From Mobula hypostoma (lineage: Eukaryota), in the NCBI RefSeq assembly GCF_963921235.1, contig NC_086129.1:5208001-5272000 (forward strand): DNA of 64,000 bases, in the 5' to 3' direction. Positions 54,187-64,000 of this stretch are shown here, one piece after another. The translations under genes and the position numbers were made by a program. The number at the start of each line of letters is the position of its first letter. The stretch's first letter is position 1. Below the pieces are notes generated by a model. That model did no database searches, had not been told where the DNA came from, and worked only from the letters and a program-made list of their open reading frames with translations.

Positions 54187-56371
54187 TGTCATAGTCCAGT
54201 TCGTGCTGTCCGTATTCCGGTTCACGGTTCGGTCCATCGACCCTTGCTCCAGGTTTTCCTGTCTACCCTGTTTCTGTCCTTGTTGAGCTAATTGAGGCAG
54301 CTGATGCTAGTTGGGGCTGGCTGCATAAATACCTTCAGAGACCAGGGCGTAGTTGCTGGATTGTTCTTGTCCTTACTCCTTGTATCCCTTCCCCTGCCTT
54401 CTGATTCCTCGCCTGAAACCCTGCCTTGTCTTGCAAGTAACTCTCGCCTCGCCTGGAGTTCTTGTCTTGCCTTGCCCTGCCAGTAGCCTTGCCTTGTCTT
54501 GTCTTGCAGTCTGGTCCTGGAGCCACCCTGTACCTAGCTCCCTTCCTGTCCCTTGCTGCCACCCAGGTAAGCCAGGCCGTCTTGCTGTATCTGGGGTTGG
54601 TTCTGTCCCTTCCTGCCCTTTGCCTCCGCCCAGGTCAGCCAGGCCGTCTTTCCGTTACCTGGGGTTGGTTCTGTCCCTTCCTATCCCTTGCCTCTGTCGG
54701 GTGGCAATCCGCGCCCTGCCCAGGAGGAGCCAAGCCTCGCCTCAAGTCTCAAGCCTCCTGCCTCCAGCCTTGCCTCAAGTCTCAAGCCTCCTGCCTCAGC
54801 CTCGCCTCAAGTCTCCTGCCTCCAGCCTCGCCTCGCGTCTCCTGCCTCCAGCCTCGCCTCGCGTCTCCTGCCTCCAGCCTCGCCTCGCGTCTCCTGCCTC
54901 CAGCCTCGCCTCGCCTCGCGTCTCCTGCCTCCAGCCTCGCCTCGCCTCGCGTCTCCTGCCTCCAGCCTCGCCTCGCCTCTCCTGCCTCCAGCCTCGCCTC
55001 GCCTCGCGTCTCCTGCCTCCAGCCTCGCCTCGCCTCGCGTCTCCTGCCTCCAGCCTCGCCTCGCCTCGCGTCTCCTGCCTCCAGCCTCGCCTCGCGTCTC
55101 CTGCCTCCAGCCTCGCCTCGCCTCGCGTCTCCTGCCTCCAGCCTCGCCTCGCCTCGCGTCTCCTGCCTCCAGCCTCGCCTCGCCTCGCGTCTCCTGCCTC
55201 CAGCCTCGCCTCGCCTCGCGTCTCCTGCCTCCAGCCTCGCCTCGCCTCGCGTCTCCTGCCTCCAGCCTCGCCTCGCCTCGCGTCTCCTGCCTCCAGCCTC
55301 GCCTCGCCTCGCGTCTCCTGCCTCCAGCCTCGCCTCGCCTGCCTCCAGCCTCGCCTCGCCTCGCGTCTCCTGCCTCCAGCCTCGCCTCGCCTCGCGTCTC
55401 CTGCCTCCAGCCTCGCCTCGCCTCGCGTCTCCTGCCTCCAGCCTCGCCTCGCCTCTCCTGCATCCAGCCTCGCCTCGCGTCTCCTGCCTCCAGCCTCGCC
55501 TCGCGTCTCCTGCCTCCAGCCTCGCCTCGCCTCGCGTCTCCTGCCTCCAGCCTCGCCTCGCCTCGCGTCTCCTGCCTCCAGCCTCGCCTCGCGTCTCCTG
55601 CCTCCAGCCTCGCCTCGCGTCTCCTGCCTCCAGCCTCGCCTCGCGTCTCCTGCCTCCAGCCTCGCCTCGCGTCTCCTGCCTCCAGCCTCGCCTCGCGTCT
55701 CCTGCCTCCAGCCTCGCCTCGCGTCTCCTGCCTCCAGCCTCGCCTCGCGTCTCCTGCCTCCAGCCTCGCCTCGCGTCTCCTGCCTCCAGCCTCGCCTCGC
55801 CTCTCCTGCCTCCAGCCTCGCCTCGCCTCTCCTGCCTCCAGCCTCGCCTCGCCTCAAGTCTCCTACTCCAGCCTCGCCTCGCTTCATCTCCTGCCTCCAG
55901 CCTCGCCTCGCCTCAAGTCTCCTGCCTCCAGCCTCACCTTGCCTCGTCTCCTGCCTCCAGCCTAGCCTCTAGCTTGAAGACTCCACAGCCTCCTGCCTAG
56001 CCACAAGCCTGAAGACCCCCGCCTCCTGCCTAGCCCCAAGCCAAGCCTCTAGCCTCTTGCCCAGCCAAGCCAAGTCTCTAGCCTCAATCTTCAAGCCTGT
56101 GGATTTCTGCCTCGTCCTGCCTGCCTGCCAAGTCTCGTCCTTGCCTAGTTCTGGGGTCCGAGCCAGAGGCAAGACCCACGTACTGGGTCCTTGTTCAGTC
56201 TCTGGCTCGGAGTCCAAGCCCAGGCTCCTAGCTCTTTTGTCCAGTCCTGTTCCAGGTTCCTGGTTTTCCTGTCCATGTCCTTGCCATTGCCCTGTATCCT
56301 AGTCCTGTCCCTAGTACTTCCGTGTCTGTGTCTTGCACTTGGGTCCGTTCCCAGCCCTAGCCCTTATGACA
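54187..56371. mobile_element. Solo-LTR-like element (2185 bp) containing a minisatellite
   Basis: TGTCATA...TATGACA termini; 5-bp TSD AAGAC at 54182-54186 and 56372-56376; splits a CR1 site that is empty in the paralogs. Confidence 0.8.
54730..55960. repeat. GC/CpG-rich minisatellite with 26/31-bp units
   Basis: (CCTGCCTCCAG[CCTCG]2-3CGTCT)n, about 40 copies. Confidence 0.95.
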
Positions 56372-56535
56372 AAGACCTGCTTTGTGGATCCAGAACTGGC
56401 TTGCCCACGGAAAGCAAAGGGTTGTTGTCGCTGGTTTGTATTCTGCATGGAGGATGGTGACCAGTGATATTCTGCAGCAATCTCTTCTGGGACACCTCCT
56501 CTTTGTGATTTTTATAAATGGCCTTGATGAGGAAG

Positions 56536-56657
56536 GTTATCCACTTTCAAATCTTTAACTATCTCTTCTTTCAGTTCGGCCCAAAACGTCGACTGTACCT
56601 CTTCCTAGAGATGCTGCCTGGTCTGCTGCGTTCATCAGCAACTTTTATGTTTGTTGC
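56536..56657 (+). mobile_element. Penelope-terminus insertion at the same site as 43014-43153
   Basis: Same TSD CTTGATGAGGAAG and same CCCAAAACGTC mutation; hammerhead 5' half deleted. Confidence 0.8.
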
Positions 56658-57689
56658 TTGATGAGGAAGTAGAAGGTTGGGTTTGTAAGTCTGTCGATGA
56701 CACAAATGTAGGGGGTGTTGTGGATAGTCTGAATGGTTCTCAGAGTGGAGCATGACATCGATAGGATGCAGGACTTGGCTGAGAAGTGGCAGATGAAATT
56801 CAACCCGGTGGTTCATTTTGGTTGGTCAAATTTGAAGACAGAGTACAATATTAACGTTTGGATCTTGGCAGTTTGGAGGATCAGCGAGATCGTGGGGTCT
56901 GTGTCCATAGTACACGCAAAGCTGCTGTGCAGTTTGACAATGTTGTTCAGAAGGCCTTCATCAACCATGGGACTGAGTTTAAAAGCCGTCTGGTACTGTT
57001 ACAGATATATGAAAGCAGTGAACAGCCAGCGTTTCAGACTCTTCTTCAGGTCAGGAAGGGAAGGGAAGGAGTCAGAACGTGGGGTGGGGGAGTGGAGGGG
57101 ACAGGTGAAACAGCGAGATTGGTCAGGGGTGAAGTAAGGAGCTGGGAAGTTGATTGCTGAAGGAGATAGAGGGCTGGAGAATAACGATGATGATGATAAT
57201 AATAATAATAATAAATACTTTATTGATCCCGAGTGGGAAATTCTTTTGTTATAGCAGCAACATTTAAGTACATAATTAGCAGCGTGCAGATTTTACTAAA
57301 AATAAAATCCAGAATAATAATATACACATTAATACTGTACCAATGCGCAAGAATAATGTATGAAATAATAATACAGAGATTGTTGATCTCTGAAGTGTGT
57401 TCTCCTGTCGCAGACAGATGAACTGTTGTATGTGCCTACTGCATTTGGTCCCAAAGACTTTTTGAAAGGTGCCAAAGGTTATGGGGAGAAGGTAGGAGAA
57501 TGAGGTTCAGAAGGAAAATAAAAAGCACGGGAACAGGTACAGAAAAAGGAAACTTTAGAGTGAGATTTGTCAAGCACAGACAGATGGGAGAGACTCAGAT
57601 AGGGGTACTTGTCTGGCATGGAGCAGAGGGGCTGAACACCGGTTCATTTTTCACTTTCAGACCTTCACTGAGACCATTTCTCATCGGTA

Positions 57690-60060
57690 CATGTTTTACT
57701 TAGGGGTTTCTGGCCTTAACTTGTTTTTAATTCGACTCAGAACAATTCTCAACAAAATCTTTGTTATATGACTCATAAGACTGATTGTTCTATAATTTTC
57801 ACAGGCTATCATTCCAGGAATTTTTGACAGAGTTATAAATAGTGATTTCAAGAGATCGTCAGACAATACACCAGACTCATATATCCCATTAAATAGTTCA
57901 AAAAGAATACCTATGCCCAGATCTTCTAGTTATTTCTTCTTCGGTAACAAGTGGGCCAGAGTTACGGTGTTTAACATCTGGGGGTTCCCCTCTATTATCC
58001 TCAAACAGCCGCTCTATGTACTGAATCCACCTCTCACATACTTTATCTGGATCTGTTAGTACGGATCCGTCTGCTGATCTTATGCATCCTGCAGAGGAGG
58101 TTTTCTTAATTCCAGTACTTTCCTCAACTTTCCTGTGCATTTCTTTGCTGTTGTTAACATGGCCTTCTACTTCATTGCATTTTTGATTCAGCTATTCTTC
58201 CTTTGCAATATTGCACAATTGTCTGGTCTGTCTGTCTGGCTCTCTGTACTGCACTTCATTATTCCTCACTAACCTTCTTTGTTCCATCAGATCCAGAATT
58301 CCTTGGGTTATCCATCCCTTGTTGGTGTGTTGGATTTCTTGTACTGGGATTATCTCCTCCTCTGATTGCTGTACAGTATATTTAAATCTGTCCTGAATAG
58401 GTGTTTTTGTTGAGGTGTTCTTCTACAGCTGTCTTGAATTGTTGCTTAAGTATGCTATCATTTTTAAGTTCTGCCAACATACACTTCTTTCTCTTTTTTT
58501 CCACGTCTCAGTTTCTTTAATTTTGTTTTAATGGTAGCTATTACTGGATGGTGACCTGAACCACAGTCTGCTCCTGGGTAGACTTTAGAATTTGTGACAT
58601 TATTTCTAAAGCGTTCACCGATGGTCATGAAATCTATTTGGTTCCTTGTTTCATCTCCAGGGCGAATCTAAGTACACAATCAATATGGACGGTTTTTGTA
58701 CCAAGTATTGGTGATCATTTGGTTGTTTCTGACACACCAGTCAGTAAACCTTTCTCCATGTCCATTTTCTCCCCTAATTCAAAGGGTCCTATGATGTTAT
58801 CAACCCTTTCCTGTCCAACTTTGGAGTTAAAATCTCCCATGACTAGTTTTACATCCTGAGATTTACATTGCTCATAAGCATTGTCGAGATCTTCATAAAA
58901 CTTGATATCCTCTTCATTCGAATCATTTGTTGGTGCGTAGGCTTGGATTATGTTAATGTTAAAAGGCTTACCCCTTAACTTAACTAAAGGCAGTCGATCG
59001 GCTATCGCCCAATATTCAATAAGACATTTTGATACTTTGAATTATTTCAAATTCTCACTAAATTAAACACTGATGGAAGGTACCAACAACTGCTTCAAAA
59101 TTTGTATTGGAACCAAACAGTGGCGGTAAAAATTGATGATAATATAAGCAATTGGACTAAAATTCAGAGCAGTCAGACAGGAATGCATTGCCTCACTGGA
59201 ATTATTTAATATCTATAGCGAAATGATTGTCAGAGAAACAGAAGACCTAGATGGGATGAAAATTGGAGATGTTAACATCAATAATGTAAGATATGAAGAT
59301 GATACCACCCTAATAGCAAGTGCTGCAGAAGACCTACAAATCCTCCGAGACAAAGTGGTACAAACAAGTGCAGATTTTGGTCTAACCATCAACTGTGAAA
59401 AAAACAAATATATGGTCATATCAAAACAGCAGGGTACTCTCAACTGCCAATTGTACATCGGTAGGCAAGAGGTTGAACAAAAGACCAGGTTTAATGACCT
59501 TGGTAGCTTTATATCACAAGATGCTAGAAGTAGAAATAAAAACTGCTATTGCCAAAACCAACTTCCAAACAATGAAACCCATTTTTACCAACAGACACAT
59601 TTCTACGACAACAAGGCTTAGGCTACTAAAATGTTACATCTGGTCAATCTTTGTACACTTCCGAAACATGGACTATAACACCAGAACTCCAAAGAAACTT
59701 AGAAGCAACAGAAATGTGGTTTCTTAGAAGAATGCTGAAAATATCATATAGAGATAGGGTAACTAATGACACATTACTCCAATGTGCCCATTCAAAAAGA
59801 TCTTTAATGAGAACGTTAAATGAGAGGAAACTTAAATTCCTGGGCCATGTCATCAGAAAGGGAGAAATAGAATGCCTTACATTACAAACTGTATGCCTGG
59901 AAAATGCGGAAGAGGAAGGCTAAGAAGAAAATACGTGGGCACTGTGAAAGAATTAACAGATCTAAGTGTGCGAGATATCATTGTCACTGCCTGGGATCGT
60001 TCGATGTGGAAAGCCATGATTGCCCAAGCGTGTAAAGCGCAAGGCACATGTACAAGAAGA
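57690..60060. mobile_element. RTE LINE with 5' inversion (third duplicated copy)
   Basis: Same layout and inversion junction (GACATTTTGATACTT) as the copies at 12410 and 28350. Confidence 0.85.
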
Positions 60061-60199
60061 CATGCTTTACAAGCAATACATTTTAATGTTCAAGCTCGAC
60101 GTATATTTATTATCAAAGTCTGTCAACCAGATGTTATCGAGCAATTCACAAAAATGTTGGCAAGGTATCTCAGTGCCCACCCCCAGCCTGGGGTAGGGG

Positions 60200-60419
60200 A
60201 AAAGTGAGAAAGAGAAATTGCCTTTCAACTCACGAGAGAGCATAGGCCATCAACTTTCTGCTGTTGATGATTCTGCAGCAGGGAATTTCATTTTTACGAG
60301 GTCGAGTTGCTAGCTCAACGCAGCGCGGATGGAAAGCGCGCACAGAAGCCGGCCGGATTCGAACTTGGGAGCCTCCGCTCCGAAGTCTGGCGCCGATGCC
60401 ACTACGCCACCAGCTGGGT
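60200..60419 (-). mobile_element. tRNA(Arg-like) SINE at the same site as 15294-15522
   Basis: Same flanks and A/B boxes. Confidence 0.8.
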
Positions 60420-60449
60420 AGCCTGGCATACGGAATGGGATCAATTTCA

Positions 60450-61550
60450 GAGGGGGATGGTTGGGTGAGTCTGGGACTTTGTGAAGGAGCCCTAACACCA
60501 TCCTCCTCATTTCCCTTATCCCTTCTCACTCTCCTCCCTCACACTCCACCGCATGTGTCTGTGTGTGTGAGAGAGACCTGTCTGCCCACTTCACCCTCCA
60601 TCAACGATGAGCCCTCTCCCCCAACGCACCCATACTCCCGTGTACACAGCAATCCTCGCGGGCTCAAATTATCCAACAATCTTATGCCCTCATTGCAGCT
60701 TAGCCACGTGTTAAACAGCACATTCTTCCTATTCCTGGCACCTGGCACAAACCACAGTCCAGAGGTCACAGCCCTGGACGAGCTTCCCTTTATCTTAGCA
60801 CCTCACTCCCTGAACTCCCTTTCAGAACCTCGTTACTCTACCATCCCATATCATTGGTACCCACGTGGACCACGACCTTCACTGTTCACCTTCCTTGGGA
60901 ACGCTGACCACTCGACCCGAGATGTCGCGGATGTTAGCACGCAGGAGGCAACATAGCATCCTGGAATCTCATTCTCACCCACAGAACTGTCAGTTCCCTT
61001 AGCTCATGAATCACCTACAAATGCAGCTCACCTCTTCTCTACCCTTCCCTTCTCAGTCTCAGAGCCAGACTAAGTGCCAGAGACCCTATTGCTGTGACTT
61101 TCGTTTGCTGGGTCATCCCACCGTCCCCAACAGTATCTAAAGTGATTTATATGTTGTTCAGGGGGATTATCACAGGGGCACACTGCACTCTCTGTTTCTC
61201 CCTTTCCCCTTCCTGTCACCCAGTTCCCTGTGCAGCGCACCTTGGTTGCAACTACCTCTCTATCTGTCCTACCTATCACATCTTCAACCTCCCACACGAT
61301 CTGGAGTTCATCCAGTTCCAGCTCCTACTCCTCAATGTGGATTGTTTGGAGCTGCAGCTGGATGCCCTTCTCACAGGTGTAGTTATCAGGGACACAGGAG
61401 GGCCCCCTGCCTTCCCACATCCCATAAGAGGAGCTTTCCACTATCCTGCCTGGCATCTCTACTGTTCTACCTGAGCAAATGTTCAGATAAAAATTCTAGT
61501 TCCATCATGATTTTGCCTTTTCTGACTGAATTCTCTCCTCACTGAAACCT
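60450..61550 (-). mobile_element. CR1 5'UTR/ORF1 remnant
   Basis: Paralog of 15540-16620 and 30960-32070. Confidence 0.75.
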
Positions 61551-62044
61551 CAAAGAGGTAAAGTCTCAACGTCTCCACTCCAACTCTGCCCTCTCCAACA
61601 CTGGCCGCTCCATTTGCTCCTGCCTGACTTGATAATCAATCCTGAACGCTGACTGGCCACTGCTGAAAGCTAAAACGTAACCTGCCCTGAACCACTGCCT
61701 TTAATACACGATCGGTGAACCTGAGTGAATTACGTCCTCTCAAGTTTCTGATCTCCCCGATTAACGATGGGTCAAAGCTCAGTAGGGTGAAACAAGGATG
61801 AATGACTGATTGAAACCCATCCCACATTCAGAGCAGGTGGCCGCCCTCACCACAGTGTGAACCTGCCACTGTCTCTGCAGTGTGGATGAGTGTGTGAATG
61901 CCTTCCCACAGTCTGAGCAGGTCAACGTCCTCTCACTGCTGAAAACAGTCTGGTGAGTCGGTAGGTGAGATGTCTGAGTGAATCCCTTCCCACAATCTGA
62001 GCAGTTGAACAGTTTCTCCCCAGTGTGAACTCGCTGAAGTTCAT

Positions 62045-63274
62045 TCAATTGAGATGTCTGAGCGAATCCTTTCCCACATTTAGAACAGGTGAGTGGCATT
62101 CCCCATTGTGAATTTGTTGATGTACTTTAAAGTCTGATAACTGAGTGAATTCTTTCCCACAATCTGAGCAGGTGAACGGTTTCTCCCTAGTGTGAATTTG
62201 GTAGTGCTGCACAAGGTTGGATGACGTGGTGAATCCCTTCCCACATTCAGAGCAGCTGAATGGTTTCTCCCCAGTGTGAACTCTCTGATGTACCTTCAGA
62301 TGAGATGACCGAGTGAATCCTTTCCCACATTCAGAGCATGTGAATGGCCTCTCCCCAGTGTGAACTTGACAGTGCTTCACAAGGGAATATGACTGAGTGA
62401 ATCCCTTCCCACATTCAGAGCAGATGAATGGTTTCTCCCCAGTGTGGACTCGCTGATGTACCTTCAGATGAGATGAGTAAGTGAATCCTTTCCCACATTC
62501 AGAGCAGCTGAATGGTTTCTCCCCAGTGTGAACTCGCTGATGTACCTTCAGCTGAAATGACTGAGTGAATCCTTTCCCACATTCAGAGCACGTGAATGGC
62601 TTCTCCCCACTGTGAATTCGGCAGTGCCTCACAAGGAGGGATGAGTCAGTGAATCCCTTCCCACATTCAGAGCAGGTGAACGGTCTCTTCCCAGTGTGAA
62701 TTTGGGAGTGTTGCACAAGGTTGGATGACTGAGTGAATCCTTTCCCGCATTCAGAGCAGCTGAATGGCTTCTCCCCAGTGTGAACTCGCTGATGTACTTT
62801 CAGTTGAGATGACTGAGTGAATCCTTTCCCACATTCAGAGCAAGTGAACGGCCTCTCCCCAGTGTGAATTCGGTAGTGTTTCACAAGGATTGATGACTGA
62901 GTGAATCCTTTCCCACATTCAGAGCACGTGAATGGCTTCTCCCCAGTATGAATTCGGCAGTGCTTCACAAGAGAGTATGAGTCAGCGAATCCTTTCCCAC
63001 ATTCAGAGCATCTGAATGGCCTCTCCACAGTGTGAACTCGCTGATGTACCTTCAGATTAGATGACTGAGTGAATCCCTTCCCACATTCGGAGCATGTGAA
63101 TGGCTTCTCCCCAGTGTGAATTCGGTAGTGCTTAACAAGGGAGTTTGACCAAGTGAATCCCTTCCCACATTCAGAGCAAGTGAATGGCTTCTCCCCAGTG
63201 TGGACTCGCTGGTGTTTCTGCAGTGTGGATGAGTGAGTGAATCCCTTCCCACAGTCTGAGCAGGTGAACGACAT
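62045..63274 (-). CDS. ZNF-F: tandem C2H2 protein, 14 fingers, no effector domain
   Basis: ATG at 63274 (EK-MSFTC); ends in the frameshift tail [18 protein letters not shown]; exon continues past the window end. Confidence 0.9.
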   Translation of the reverse strand: MSFTCSDCGKGFTHSSTLQKHQRVHTGEKPFTCSECGKGFTWSNSLVKHYRIHTGEKPFTCSECGKGFTQSSNLKVHQRVHTVERPFRCSECGKGFADSYSLVKHCRIHTGEKPFTCSECGKGFTQSSILVKHYRIHTGERPFTCSECGKGFTQSSQLKVHQRVHTGEKPFSCSECGKGFTQSSNLVQHSQIHTGKRPFTCSECGKGFTDSSLLVRHCRIHSGEKPFTCSECGKGFTQSFQLKVHQRVHTGEKPFSCSECGKGFTYSSHLKVHQRVHTGEKPFICSECGKGFTQSYSLVKHCQVHTGERPFTCSECGKGFTRSSHLKVHQRVHTGEKPFSCSECGKGFTTSSNLVQHYQIHTREKPFTCSDCGKEFTQLSDFKVHQQIHNGECHSPVLNVGKDSLRHLN

Positions 63275-64000
63275 CTTTTCAGTGTGAACTCGCTGGTGTT
63301 CATTCAGCTGAGATGATTGAGTGAAACCTTTCCCACACAGAGCAGGTGAATGGCTTCTCCCCAGTGTGAACTCGCTGGTGTCACTGTGGTGTGGTTGAGT
63401 GTGTGAATGTCTTCCCACCGTCTAAACAGGTTACCGTCCTCTCACTGGTGAATTTTCGGATATATCTTTAGCATCGACGACAGAATGAATTGCTTCCTAC
63501 AGTCAGAACAGGTGGAGCATCTCACTATGGTGTGAACTTGCTGATGTGTCTTCAGGCTGGATAACTGAGTAGATCCCCTCCCTCACACAGAGCAGCTGAA
63601 TGGACAGTCCTCTCCCTACTCTGAACTGACTGGCGTGTCTGCGTGTAGGATGCGAGAGAATCCCTTCCCACACTGGGAGAAGGAGAATGCTATCGCACTG
63701 CGAACAATTTGGCAATTCAGAAAGTCAGGTGTTTGAATCTCTTGTCCAATCAATGCAGTTGAAGAACTAATCTCCAGTGAACAAATGCTGGTGTGTTCTC
63801 AGCTCCCGGTTCCAGTGGATAACACAGAGTTACAACAGAAAACTTCATTTCAGAGACAGAATACATTTCCAGCTAGGATGAGATAATTCTTCGTCTCCAA
63901 GGATTGACAACAGATGTGTTGGTCTTGCAAAGAAAATATTCGGTCACTCCTTAGATATCCGGACAGAGAGACAAAACTGACATGTTGAGATTCCCATGCA

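Noticed and set aside
54730-55960. CRISPR-like array
   Set aside because: No unique spacers, no cas genes, and a vertebrate context
54353-56000. Long ORFs (218-539 aa) on both strands
   Set aside because: They are translations of a stop-free minisatellite and are open in several frames at once
60264-60956. 230-aa plus-strand ORF
   Set aside because: It is an antisense reading of SINE and CR1 remnants and is not open in the paralogs

Overview
Vertebrate genomic DNA. The repeat families (CR1 with CTATTG tails, Penelope foldbacks, fish-type L1 and Rex) suggest a cartilaginous fish, probably a ray; this is inference. The window is a tandem array of six paralogous C2H2 zinc-finger (ZNF) gene units, all on the minus strand, spaced about 7-16 kb apart. 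A complete unit has an NRF1/CCAAT/ETS CpG promoter, short non-coding exons, a TE-filled intron, one large ZF exon and a downstream CR1-ORF1 relic. Four units keep long, effector-less ZF ORFs (A 16, B 11, D 20, F 14 fingers). Unit C has lost its whole array, and unit E is a promoterless pseudogene. In every copy that retains it, the ORF starts at an ATG inside a ZF linker and is bracketed by frameshifted 'fossil' fingers. The rest is nested TEs: a near-full-length CR1, RTE and L1 copies with 5' inversions, Rex/Babar fragments, LTRs (one with a tRNA-Pro-like PBS, one carrying a 1.2-kb minisatellite), tRNA-derived SINEs, and Penelope-derived foldbacks with minimal type-I hammerhead ribozyme motifs. 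Unless a TSD is quoted, TE boundaries are approximate.
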